From Heterodontus francisci (lineage: Eukaryota), in NCBI RefSeq assembly GCF_036365525.1, contig NC_090383.1, positions 3,269,112 to 3,333,111 of the forward strand: DNA of 64,000 nt, given 5' to 3'. The notes below the pieces were generated by a model. That model did no database searches. It was given only the letters and a program-made list of their open reading frames with translations, and was not told the origin of the DNA. Positions 36,295 through 50,100 of this stretch are shown in pieces. The position numbers were made by a program, and so were the translations under genes. Each line of letters starts with the position of its first letter. The stretch's first letter is position 1.

Positions 36295-36610
36295 AGACCA
36301 TATGAGAAGGAGGAGGCCATTGACCCCTTGAGACTATTCCTACATTCAGTTAGATCATGACTGATCTGTATCTTAACTCTACCTGCCTTGGTTCCTTGGC
36401 TGTTAATATCCTTCCCAACAAAAATACATCAATCTCATTTTTCAAATTTTCAATTGATTTATGTTGACTGCTTGGTAATTATATATCCTTAGGAGCAGGT
36501 CAAACATCACTCACTCTAACTGTTATCAATCAAGTGTGCAGCACAGGAACAGGCCATTCGGCCCAACTAGTCTATACTGGTGTTTATGCTCCACATGAGC
36601 CTCCTCTCAT
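36295..36610 (-). mobile_element. Two degenerate CR1 3' tails
   Basis: ggaggaggccattgaccccttgag...agatcatgactgatct and gcacaggaacaggccattcggcccaac. Confidence 0.55.
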
Positions 36611-38135
36611 CCCTCAAAGTCCTCTCGATGCTGGGTCCACATGGTTTTGCTGTATAGTGAATCAGCTCTCAATCAACCCTCCAAATTAATTCACAGTCTG
36701 TTCTGAGCAAAAGTTTCCTTGTAAATGTAGTTGGGAAATAAGAGAGACAGGAACACATAAAGATACTTAACTAACACCAATGCTTAATGACTCTGTGTAT
36801 TGAGAAACATGGTTGTTTCTGACCAGAGTCTACAATATGTTGTTACAGATGAGAGGTAACAGATGTGAAATTGTGCGGACAATAACTCAAATATTTCAAA
36901 TATGTGAAAGACTCCAACACTCATTCCTCACTTTAGCAGTTTTTGCTATTTAAATGTGCATTTACTCTCCGGTGAACGTGACCTGATCAGGGCAGGTATT
37001 CTGTGTGCTAATAGAAATCCCCAATTGTGAGCCTTTTATATTGCAGCCCACTAGGATATGGCTGCTCTTAGTTTGAATTGCTAATCCTTCACTCTGATTT
37101 ATTCTGATTCAAAATCCTTTAGGAAACAAGCATGCTTGTACCTCTGAAGCAGTCAGCATCAGTGTTGTTTAAGATCCTACCAGTGCCACTGAATCTTTCC
37201 TAAAGTCAAAAGCTCACCGAATTAGGATTTATCTCTTCTTTTCTGGCAAGAGTCCACTCCTGGTCGCCAGCATATCACAGTGACCCCCTGGAGAGGGTGA
37301 AGGACTTAAGTTGAAGGAAGGAAGGAAATACTTTTTGTAACATAAACAGAGAAACCCTCAGGAACACATTACAAATGGGCACAGAATAGCTAATTACGAG
37401 ATCCCATGGGATGGAGGGACTGAAACCAAAATCTTAGACACACCAGTCAAGCATTTCAAGATAGTCAAATATTTACAAAATACAACACGCTAGTCTACTC
37501 GATGTTTGTTGCTTGTTTAAAAAAATACTTTGAATAATTTCAAGTAAGCTTTTATTAAACTCTCTGGAATAGGGTATACTGCAAAGTTCCTGTGATCTTG
37601 TGAGGCTGTGTTCCTTAATAACGAGGCCAGACAGCTGTCTCTGAACTGGACTGTTAAAGACTAGGATTCCTGTAAAACGTAAAGTTTATAGGGCATCTCA
37701 GCTTTTAACAAACTAGTCCCGTGAAGGCAGCTGTGTGACCTTGTTTAGCTGCTGCCAACCATGAGAAATGGTATGTTATCTTATTAAAAACAGCCGATGA
37801 GTGAATGATGACAATTTCAGCACACTGCTGAAATAGTCTCTCATTGCTGAGGATTATGTAAGTTTGTGATATGGGCAAGAGGATCACAAACAACCTCTTC
37901 AGTCGGACACAGTTTATCACTAGGTTATGGTATCTGTAAAGTTAAATTGCCTCATTTGATGACAAATGATGAAAGAATTTACAACAAGAGGTTGTGCATA
38001 TTCCGTTGATTGATTACAATATTGAGGCAGTAATGTTAAGTCACACAATGGTCCCTTTTTAAATAACTTAGCCTGAAACCCTGTAAATGCTGCAAATCTG
38101 AAATTAAGACCTTAAAATACTAGATGCACACCATT

Positions 38136-41100
38136 GGCTGGATTTTGTTGTCCGGCCACCTGAGCTGGGAGGGGGGCGGGGGGGTGTGCTCAAAATGCCG
38201 GCAGGAGAGCTGTGATTACGTGGGGGGCGTTCACTTAACATATTGATGGTGGCTGCCCGCTAATCACATGGTGGGGGTAGTATTGGTGACACCTTTCACA
38301 GCATCAGTTGACCCCTCCCCAATACACTAAATTATGCAGAGTTGACCCCTCCCCCATACATTAAATTATGCAGAGTTGACCCCGCCACCCACATTAAATA
38401 ATGCAGAGTTGACCCCTCCCCCATACACTAAATAATGCAGAGTTGACCCCTCCCCCATACACTAAATAATGCAGACTTGACCCCTCCCCCACACACTAAA
38501 TACTGCAGAGTTGACCCCTCCCCCATACATTAATTAATGCAGAGTTGACTCCTTCCCCCATACACTAAAGAATGCAGAGTTGACCCCTCCCCCATACACT
38601 AAATAATGCAGACTTGACCCCTCCCTCACACACTAAATAATGCAGAGTTGACCCCTCCCCCATACACTAAATAATGCAGAGTTGACCCCTCCCCCACATC
38701 CTAAATAATGCAGAGTTGACCCCTCCTCCATACACTAAATAATGCAGAGTTGACCCCTCCCCCATACACTAAATAATACAGAGTTGACCCCTTCCCCAGT
38801 ACACGAAATAATGCAGAGTTGACCCCTCCCCATACACTAAATAATGCAGATTTGACTCCTCCCCCATATACTAAATAATGCAGAGTTGACTCCTCCCCCA
38901 TACACTAATTAATGCAGAGTTGACTCCTTCCCCTGTACACTAAATAATGCAGAGTTGACTCCTGCCCCCATTCACTAAATAATGCAGAGTTAACGCCTTC
39001 CCCCATACACTAAATAATGCAGAGTTGACTCCTCCCCCTTGCACTAAATAATGCAGAGTTGACTCCTTCTCCCCATACACTAAATAATAGAGTTGACTCC
39101 TCCCCCTTGCACTAAATAATGCAGAGTTGACTCCTCCCCTTGCACTAATTAATGCAGAGTTGACTCCTCCCCCATACACTAATTAATGCAGAGTTGACTC
39201 CTTCCCCAATACACTAAATAATGCAGAGTTGACTCCTGCCCCCATTCACTAAATAATGCAGAGTTAACTCCTTCCCCCATACACTAAATAATAGAGTTGA
39301 CTCCTCCCCCATACACGAAATAATGCAGAGTTGACTCCTGCCCCTTGCTCTAAATAATAGAGTTGACTCCTCCCCCATACACTAATTAATGCAGAGTTGA
39401 CTCCTTCCCCCGTACACGAAATAATGCAGAGTTGACCCCTCCTCCATACTTTAAATAATGCAGAGTTGACCCCTCCCCCATACACTAAATAATAGAGTTG
39501 ACCCCTTCCCCAGTACACTAAATAATGCAGAGTTGACCCCTCCCCCATACACTAATTAATGCAGAGTTGACTCCTCCCCATACACTAAATAATGCAGACT
39601 TGACCCCTCCCCCATACACAAAATAATGCAGAGTTGTCTCCTTCCCCCAAACACTAATTAATGCAGAGTTGACTCCTTCCCCCGTACACTAAATAATACA
39701 GAGTTGACTCCTGCCCCCATTCACTAAATAATGCAGAGTTGACTCCTCCCCCATACACTAAATAATGCAGACTTGACCCCTCCCCCATACACTAAATAAT
39801 GCAGAGTTGACCCCTCCCCCATACACTAAATAATGCAGACTTGACCCCTCCCCCATACACTAAATAATGCAGAGTTGACCCCTCCCCCATACACTAAATA
39901 ATAGAGTTGTCTCCTTCCCCCAAACACTAAATAATGCAGAGTTGTCTCCTTCCCCGAAACACTAATTAATGCAGAGTTAACTCCTTCCCCCATACACTAA
40001 ATGATGCAGAGTTAACTCCTTCCCCCATACACTAAATAATGCAGAGTTGACTCCTCCCCCATACACGAAATAATACAGAAATGACTCCTCCCCCATACAC
40101 TAATTAATGCAGAGTTGACTCCTTCCCCAAAACACTAAATAATGCAGAGTTGACTCCTGCCCCCATTCACTAAATAATGCAGAGTTAACTCCTTCCCCCA
40201 TACACTAAATAATAGAGTTGACCACTCCCCCATACACTAAATAATGCAGAGTTGACTCCTCTCCCTTGCACTAATTAATGCAGAGTTGACTCCTCCCCAA
40301 TACATAAATAATGCAGAGTTGACCCCTTCCTCCCCATACACAAAATAATGCAGTGTTGACCCCTCCCACAGACATTAATTAATGCAGAGTTGATCCCTCC
40401 TCCCATACACTAAATAATGCAGAGTTGATCCCTCCTCCCATACACTAAATAATGCAGAGTTGACTCCTCCCCCATACACTAAATAATGCAGAGTTGACTC
40501 CTTCCCACATACACTAAATAACGCAGAGTTGACTCCTCCCCCATACACTAATTAATGCCGAGTTGATCACTCCCCTCATACACTAAATAATGCAGAGTTG
40601 ACTCCTCCCCCATACACTAATTAATGCAGAGTTGACTCCTTCCCCCAAAGACTAAATAATGTCGAGTTGACTCTTTCCCCCGTACACTAAATAATGCAGA
40701 GTTGACCCCTCCCCCATACACTAATTAATGCCGAGTTGATCTTTCCCCCCATACACTAAATAATGCCGAGTTGACCCCTCCCCCATACACTAATTAATGC
40801 AGAGTTGACTCCTTCCCCCATACACAAAATAATGCAGAGTTGACCCCTCCCCCATACACTAAATAATGCAGACTTGACCCCACCCCCACACACTAAATAA
40901 TGCAGAGTTGACCCCTCCTCATACACTAAATAATGCAGACTTGACCCCTCCCCCACACACTAAATAATGCAGAGTTGACCCCTCCCCCATACACTAATTA
41001 ATGCAGAGTTGACTCCTTCCCCCGTACACGAATTAATGCAGAGTTGACCCTCCATACACTAAATAATGCAGAGTTGACCCCTTCCCCAGTACACTAAATA

Positions 41101-44100
41101 ATGCAGAGTTGACTCCTCCCCCATAAACTAAATAATGCAGACTTGACCCATCCCCCATATACTAAATAATGCAGAGTTGTCTCCTCCCCCCAAACACTAA
41201 TTAATGCAGAGTTGACTCCTTCCCCCGTACACTAAATAATGCAGAGTTGACTGCTGCCCCCATTCACCAAATAATGCAGAGTTAACTCCTTCCCCCATAC
41301 ACTAAATAATGCAGAGTTGACTCCTCCCCCTTGCACTAAATAATGCAGAGTTGACTCCTTCTCCCCATACACTAAATAATAGAATTGACCACACCCCATA
41401 CACTAAATAATGCAGAGTTGACTCCTCCCCAATACACTAAATAATGCAGAGTTGACTCCTGCCCCTTGCGCTAAATAATGCAGAGTTAACTCCTTACCCC
41501 ATACACGAAATAATAGAGTTGACTCCTCCCCAATACACTAAATAATGCAGAGTTGACTACTGCCCCCATTCACTAAATAATGCAGAGTTAACTCCTTCCC
41601 CCATACACGAAATAATAGAGTTGACTCCTCCCCCATACACTAAATAATGCAGAGTTGACTCCTGCCCCTTGCACTAAATAATGCAGAGTTAACTCCTTCC
41701 CCCATACATGAAATAATGGCGTTGACTCCTCCCCCATACACTAAATAATGCAGTTAACACCTTCCCCCATACACTAAATAATAGAGTTGACTCCTCCCCC
41801 ATTCACTAATTAATGCAGAGTTGACTCCTTCCTCCATACACTAATTAATGCAGAGTTGACTCCTTCCCCCAAACACTAAATAATGCAGAGTTGTCTCCTT
41901 CCCTGAAACACTAAATTATGCAGTTAACTCCTTCCCCCATACACTAAATAATGCAGAGTTGACTCCTCTCCCTTGCACTAAATAATGCAGAGTTGACTCC
42001 TTCTCCCCATACACTAAATAATAGAGTTGACCCCTCCCCCATACACTAAATAATGCAGAGTTGACTCCTCCCCCTTGCACTAATTAATGCAGAGTTGACT
42101 CCTCCCCCATACAATAAATAATGCAGAGTAGACTCCTGCCCCCATTCACTAAATAATGCAGAGTTAACTCCTTCCCCCATACACTAAATAATAGAGTTGA
42201 CTCCTCCCCATACACTAAATAATGCAGAGTTGACTCCTCCCCCTTGCACTAAATAATGCAGAGTTAACTCCTTCCCCCATGCACCAAATAATAGAGTTGA
42301 CTCCTCCCCTATACACTAATTAATGCAGAGTTGACTACTTCCCCCATACACTAAATAATACAGAGTTGACCCCTACCCACCAGATACTAAATAATGCAGA
42401 GTTGACCCCTGCCTCCCCATACACAAAATAATGCAGTGTTGACCCCTCCCACAGACATTAATTAATGCAGAGTTGATCCCTCCTCCCATACACTAAATAA
42501 TGCAGAGTTGACTTCTCCCCCATACACTAAATAATGCAGAGTTGATCCCTCCTCCCATACACTAAATAATGCAGAGTTGACTTCTCCCCCATACACTAAA
42601 TAATGCAGAGTTGATCCCTCCTCCCATACACTAAATAACGCAGAGTTGACTCCTCCCCATACACAAATTAATGCCGAGTTGATCACACCCCTCATACACT
42701 AAATAATGCAGAGTTGACTCCTTACCCCATAGACTAAATAATGTCGAGTTGACTCTTTCCCCCCCATACACTAAATAATGCAGAGTTGACCCCTTCCTTC
42801 CCATACACTAAATAATGCAGAGCTGACCCCTCCCCCCATACACTAAATAATGTCGAGTTGTCTCCTTCCCCCAAACACTAAATAATGTCGAGTTGACCCC
42901 TTCCCCCATACACTAAATAATGCAGAGTTGACCCCTTCCCCCCCATACACTAAATAATGCATAGCTGACCCATCCCCCATACACTAAATAATGCAGAGTT
43001 GACTCCGCCCCAAACACTAAATACTGACGAGTTGACCCCTCCCCCATACACTAAATAATGCAGAGTTGACTCCGCCCCATACACTAAATACTGACGTGTT
43101 GACCCCTCCCCCATACACTAAATAATGCAGAGTTGACCCCTCTCCAATACACTAAATAATGCAGAATTGACCCCTCGCCTATACACTAAATAATGTAGAG
43201 TTGACCCCTCCCCCATACACTAATTAATGCAGAGTTGATCTCTCCCCCCATACACTAAATAAAGGAGAGTTGACCCCTCCCCAATACACTAAATAATGCA
43301 GAATTGACCCCCTCCCCCATACACTACATAATGCAGAGTTGACCCCTCCCCAATACACAAAATAATGCAGAATTGACCCCTCCCCTATACACTAAATAAT
43401 GCAGAGTTGACCCCTCCCCAATACACTAAATAATGCTGAATTAACCCCTCTCCCATACACTAAATAATGCAGAGTTGCCCCCTCCCCAATACACTAATTA
43501 ATGCAGAATTGACCCCTCCCCATACACTAAATAATGCAAAGTTGACCCCTCCCCCATACACTAATTAATGCAGAGTTGATCTCTCCCCCATACACTAAAT
43601 AAAGGAGAGTTGACTCCTCCCTCATACACTAAATAATGCAGAGATGACCCCTCCCCATACACTAATTAATGCAGACTTGACTCCTTCCCCCATACACTAA
43701 ATAATGCAGAGTTGACTCCTCCCCCATACACTAAATAATGCAGAGTTGACCCCTTCCCCCCATACACTAAATAATGCAGAGTTTACCCCTCCCCATACAC
43801 TAAATAATACAGAGTTTATCCCTCCCCCAAACACTAATTAATGCAGAGTTGATCCCTCCTCCCATACACTAAATAATGCAGAGTTGACCCCTTCTCCCAG
43901 ACACTAAATAATGCAGAGTTGACCCCTCCTCCCATGCACTAAATAATGCAGAGTTGACCCCTTCCCCATACACTAAATAATGCAGAGTTTACCCCTCCCC
44001 CATACACTAAATAATGCAGAGTTTATCCCTCCCCCAAACACTAATTAATGCAGAGTTGATCCCTCCTCCCATACACTAAATAATGCAGAGTTGACCCCTT

Positions 44101-47100
44101 CCCCCATATACTAAATAATGCCGAGTTGATCACTCCCCTCATACACTAAATAATGCAGAGATGACCCCTCCCCATACACTAATTAATGCAGACTTGACTC
44201 CTTCCCCCATACACTAAATAATGCAGAGTTGACTCCTCCCCCATACACTAAATAATGCAGAGTTGACCCCTTCCCCCCATACACTAAATAATGCAGAGTT
44301 TACCCCTCCCCATACACTAAATAATACAGAGTTTATCCCTCCTCCCATACACTAAATAATGCAGAGTTGACCCCTTCCCCCATATACTAAATAATGCAGA
44401 GTTGACCCCTCCTCCCATACACTAAATAATGCAGAGTTGATTCCTTCCCCCAACATTAAATAATGCAGAGTTGACCCCTCCTCCCATACACTAAATAATG
44501 CAGAGTTGATTCCTTCCCCCAAACATTAAATAATGCAGAGTTGATCCCTCCTCCCATACACTAAATAATGCAGAGTTGACCCCTCCTCCCATGCACTAAA
44601 TAATGCAGAGTTGATCCCTCCTCCCATGCACTAAATAATGCAGAGTTGTCCCCTTCCCCATACACTAAATAATGCAGCGTTGACCCCTTCCCCCATACAC
44701 TAACTAATGCAGAGTTGACCCCTCCTCCCATGCACTAAATAATGCAGAGTTGATCCCTCCTCCCATGCACTAAATAATGCAGAGTTGACCCCTTCCCCAT
44801 ACACTAAATAATGCAGAGTTGACCCCTTCCCCCATACACTAACTAATGCAGAGTTGACTCCTTCCCCCAATACACTAAACAATACAGAGATGACCCCTCC
44901 CCTAAACACTAATTAATGTAGAGTTGGTCCCTCCTCCCATACACTAAATAATGCAGAGTTGACTCCGCCCCAAACACTAAATACTGACGAGTTGACCCCT
45001 CCCCCATACACTAAATAATGCAGAGTTGACTCCGCCCCATACACTAAATACTGACGAGTTGACCCCTCCCCCATACACTAAATAATGCAGAGTTGACCCC
45101 TCTCCAATACACTAAATAATGCAGAATTGACCCCTCCCCTATACACTAAATAATGTAGAGTTGACCCCTCCCCCATACACTAATTAATGCAGAGTTGATC
45201 TCTCCCCCAATACACTAAATAATGCAGAATTGACCCCCTCCCCCATACACTACATAATGCAGAGTTGACCCCTCCCCAAATCACAAAATAATGCAGAATT
45301 GACCCCTCCCCTATACACTAAATAATGCAGAGTTGACCCCTCCCCAATACACTAAATAATGCTGAATTAACCCCTCCCCCATACACTAAATAATGCAGAG
45401 TTGACCCCTCCCCAATACACTAAATAATGCAGAATTGACCCCTCCCCTATACACTAATTAATGCAGAGTTGATCTCTCCCCCCATACACTAAATAATGCA
45501 GAATTGACCCCCTCCCCCATACACTACCTAATGCAGAGTTGACCCCTCCCCAATACACAAAATAATGCAGAATTGACCCCTCCCCTATACACTAAATAAT
45601 GCAGAGTTGACCCCTCCCCAATACACTAAATAATGCTGAATTAACCCCTCCCCCATACACTAAATAATGCAGAGTTGACCCCTCCCCAATACACTAAATA
45701 ATGCAGAATTGACCCCTCCCCTATACACTAATTAATGCAGAGTTGATCTCTCCCCCATACACTAATTAATGCAGAGTTGATCTCTCCCCCCATACACTAA
45801 ATAAAGGAGAGTTGACCCCTCCCCAATACACTAAATAATGCAGAATTGACCCCCTCCCCCATATACTACATACTGCAGAGTTGACCCCTCCCCAATACAC
45901 CAAATAATGCAGAATTGACCCCTCCCCTATCCACTAAATAATGCAGAGTTGACCCCTCCCCAATACACTAAATAATGCTGAATTAACCCCTCCCCTATAC
46001 ACTAAATAATGCAGAGTTGCCCCCTCCCCAATACACTAATTAATGCAGAATTTACCCCTCCCCATACACTAAATAATGCAAAGTTGACCCCTCCCCCATA
46101 CACTAAATAATGCAGAGTTGATCTCTCCCCCAAACACTAAATAAAGGAGAGTTGACTCCTCCCCCATACACTAAATAATGCAGAGTTGACCCCTTCCCCC
46201 ATATACTAAATAATGCCGAGTTGATCACTCCCCTCATACACTAAATAATGCAGAGATGACCCCTCCCCATACACTAATTAATGCAGACTTGACTCCTTCC
46301 CCCATACACTAAATAATGCAGAGTTGACTCCTCCCCCATACACTAATTAATGCAGACTTGACTCCTTCCCCCAAACACTAAATAATGCAGAGTTTACCCC
46401 TCCCCCATACACTAAATAATGCAGAGTTTACCCCTCCCCCATACACTAAATAATGCAGAGTTGACCCCTTCCCCATACACTAAATAATACAGAGTTTATC
46501 CCTCCCCCCATGCACTAAATAATGCAGAGTTTACCCCTTCCCCATACACTAAATAATGCAGAGTTGACCCCTCCTCCCATGCACTAAATAATGCAGAGTT
46601 TACCCCTCCCCCATACACTAAATAATGCAGAGTTGATCCCTCCTCCCATACACTAAATAATGCAGAGTTTACCCCTCCCCCATACACTAAATAATGCAGA
46701 GTTTACCCCTCCCCCATACACTAAATAATGCAGAGTTTACCCCTCCCCATACACTAAATAATAGAGTTTATCCCTCCCCCAAACACTAATTAATGCAGAG
46801 TTGATCCCTCCTCCCATACACTAAATAATGCAGAGTTGATCCCTCCTCCCATACACTAAATAATGCAGAGTTGTCCCCTTCCCCCATACACTAAATAATG
46901 CAGAGTTGATTCCTTCCCCCAATACACTAAACAATACAGAGATGACCCCTCCCCTAAACACTAATTAATGCAGAGTTGACTCCGCCCCAAACACTAAATA
47001 CTGACGAGTTGACCCCTCCCCCATACACTAAATAATGCAGAGTTGACTCCGCCCCATACACTAAATACTGACGAGTTGACCCCTCCCCCATACACTAAAT

Positions 47101-50100
47101 AATGCAGAGTTGACCCTTCTCCAATACACTAAATAATGCAGAATTGACCCCTCCCCTATACACTAAATAATGTAGAGTTGACCCCGCCCCCATACACTAA
47201 TTAATGCAGAGTTGATCTCTCCCCCCATACACTAAATAAAGGAGAGTTGACCCCTCCCCAATACACTAAATAATGCAGAATTGACCCCCTCCCCCATACA
47301 CTACATAATGCAGAGTTGACCCCTCCCCAATACACTAAATAATGCTGAATTAACCCCTCCCCCATACACTAAATAATGCAGAATTGACCCCTCCCCTATA
47401 CACTAATTAATGCAGAGTTGATCTCTCCCCCATACACTAATTAATGCAGAGTTGATCTCTCCCCCCATACACTAAATAAAGGAGAGTTGACCCCTCCCCA
47501 ATACACTAAATAATGCAGAATTGACCCCCTCCCCCATACACTACATACTGCAGAGTTGACCCCTCCCCAATACACCAAATAATGCAGAATTGACCCCTCC
47601 CCTATCCACTAAATAATGCAGAGTTGACCCCTCCCCAATACACTAAATAATGCTGAATTAACCCCTCCCCTATACACTAAATAATGCAGAGTTGCCCCCT
47701 CCCCAATACACTAATTAATGCAAAATTGACCCCTCCCCATACACTAAATAATGCAAAGTTGACCCCTCCCCCATACACTAATTAATGCAGAGTTGATCTC
47801 GCCCCCCATACACTAAATAAAGGAGAGTTGACCCCTCCCCAATACACTAAATAATGCAGAATTGACCCCCTCCCCCATACACTACATAATGCAGAGTTGA
47901 CCCCTCCCCAATACACTAAATAATGCTGAATTAACCCCTCCCCCATACACTAAATAATGCAGAATTGACCCCTCCCCTATACACTAATTAATGCAGAGTT
48001 GATCTCTCCCCCATACACTAATTAATGCAGAGTTGATCTCTCCCCCCATACACTAAATAAAGGAGAGTTGACCCCTCCCCAATACACTAAATAATGCAGA
48101 ATTGACCCCCTCCCCCATACACTACATACTGCAGAGTTGACCCCTCCCCAATACACCAAATAATGCAGAATTGACCCCTCCCCTATCCACTAAATAATGC
48201 AGAGTTGACCCCTCCCCAATACACTAAATAATGCTGAATTAACCCCTCCCCTATACACTAAATAATGCAGAGTTGCCCCCTCCCCAATACACTAATTAAT
48301 GCAAAATTGACCCCTCCCCATACACTAAATAATGCAAAGTTGACCCCTCCCCCATACACTAATTAATGCAGAGTTGATCTCTCCCCCATACACTAAATAA
48401 AGGAGAGTTGACTCCTCCCCCATACACTAAATAATGCAGAGTTGACCCCTTCCCCCATATACTAAATAATGCCGAGTTGATCACTCCCCTAATACACTAA
48501 ATAATGCAGAGATGACCCCTCCCCATACACTAATTAATGCAGACTTGACTCCTTCCCCCATACACTAAATAATGCAGAGTTGACTCCTCCCCCATACACT
48601 AAATAATGCAGAGTTGACCCCTTCCCCCCATACACTAAATAATGCAGAGTTTACCCCTCCCCATACACTAAATAATACAGAGATTATCCCTCCCCCAAAC
48701 ACTAATTAATGCAGAGTTGATCCCTCCTCCCATACACTAAATAATGCAGAGTTGACCCCTTCCCCCATACACTAAATAATGCAGAGTTGACCCCTCCTCC
48801 CATGCACTAAATAATGCAGAGTTAACCCCTCCCCCATACACTAAATAATGCAGAGTTGACCCCTCCCCAATACACTAAATAATGCAGAATTGACCCCTCC
48901 CCTATACACTAATTAATGCAGAGTTGATCTCTCCCCCATACACTAATTAATGCAGAGTTGATCTCTCCCCCCATACACTAAATAAAGGAGAGTTGACCCC
49001 TCCCCAATACACTAAATAATGCAGAATTGACCCCCTCCCCCATACACTACATACTGCAGAGTTGACCCCTCCCCAATACACCAAATAATGCAGAATTGAC
49101 CCCTCCCCTATCCACTAAATAATGCAGAGTTGACCCCTCCCCAATACACTAAATAATGCTGAATTAACCCCTCCCCTATACACTAAATAATGCAGAGTTG
49201 CCCCCTCCCCAATACACTAATTAATGCAAAATTGACCCCTCCCCATACACTAAATAATGCAAAGTTGACCCCTCCCCCATACACTAATTAATGCAGAGTT
49301 GATCTCTCCCCCATACACTAAATAAAGGAGAGTTGACTCCTCCCCCATACACTAAATAATGCAGAGTTGACCCCTTCCCCCATATACTAAATAATGCCGA
49401 GTTGATCACTCCCCTAATACACTAAATAATGCAGAGATGACCCCTCCCCATACACTAATTAATGCAGACTTGACTCCTTCCCCCATACACTAAATAATGC
49501 AGAGTTGACTCCTCCCCCATACACTAAATAATGCAGAGTTGACCCCTTCCCCCCATACACTAAATAATGCAGAGTTTACCCCTCCCCATACACTAAATAA
49601 TACAGAGATTATCCCTCCCCCAAACACTAATTAATGCAGAGTTGATCCCTCCTCCCATACACTAAATAATGCAGAGTTGACCCCTTCCCCCATACACTAA
49701 ATAATGCAGAGTTGACCCCTTCCCCCATATACTAAATAATGCCGAGTTGATCACTCCCCTAATACACTAAATAATGCAGAGATGACCCCTCCCCATACAC
49801 TAATTAATGCAGACTTGACTCCTTCCCCCATACACTAAATAATGCAGAGTTGACTCCTCCCCCATACACTAAATAATGCAGAGTTGACCCCTTCCCCCCA
49901 TACACTAAATAATGCAGAGTTTACCCCTCCCCATACACTAAATAATACAGAGATTATCCCTCCCCCAAACACTAATTAATGCAGAGTTGATCCCTCCTCC
50001 CATACACTAAATAATGCAGAGTTGACCCCTTCCCCCATACACTAAATAATGCAGAGTTGACCCCTCCTCCCATGCACTAAATAATGCAGAGTTAACCCCT

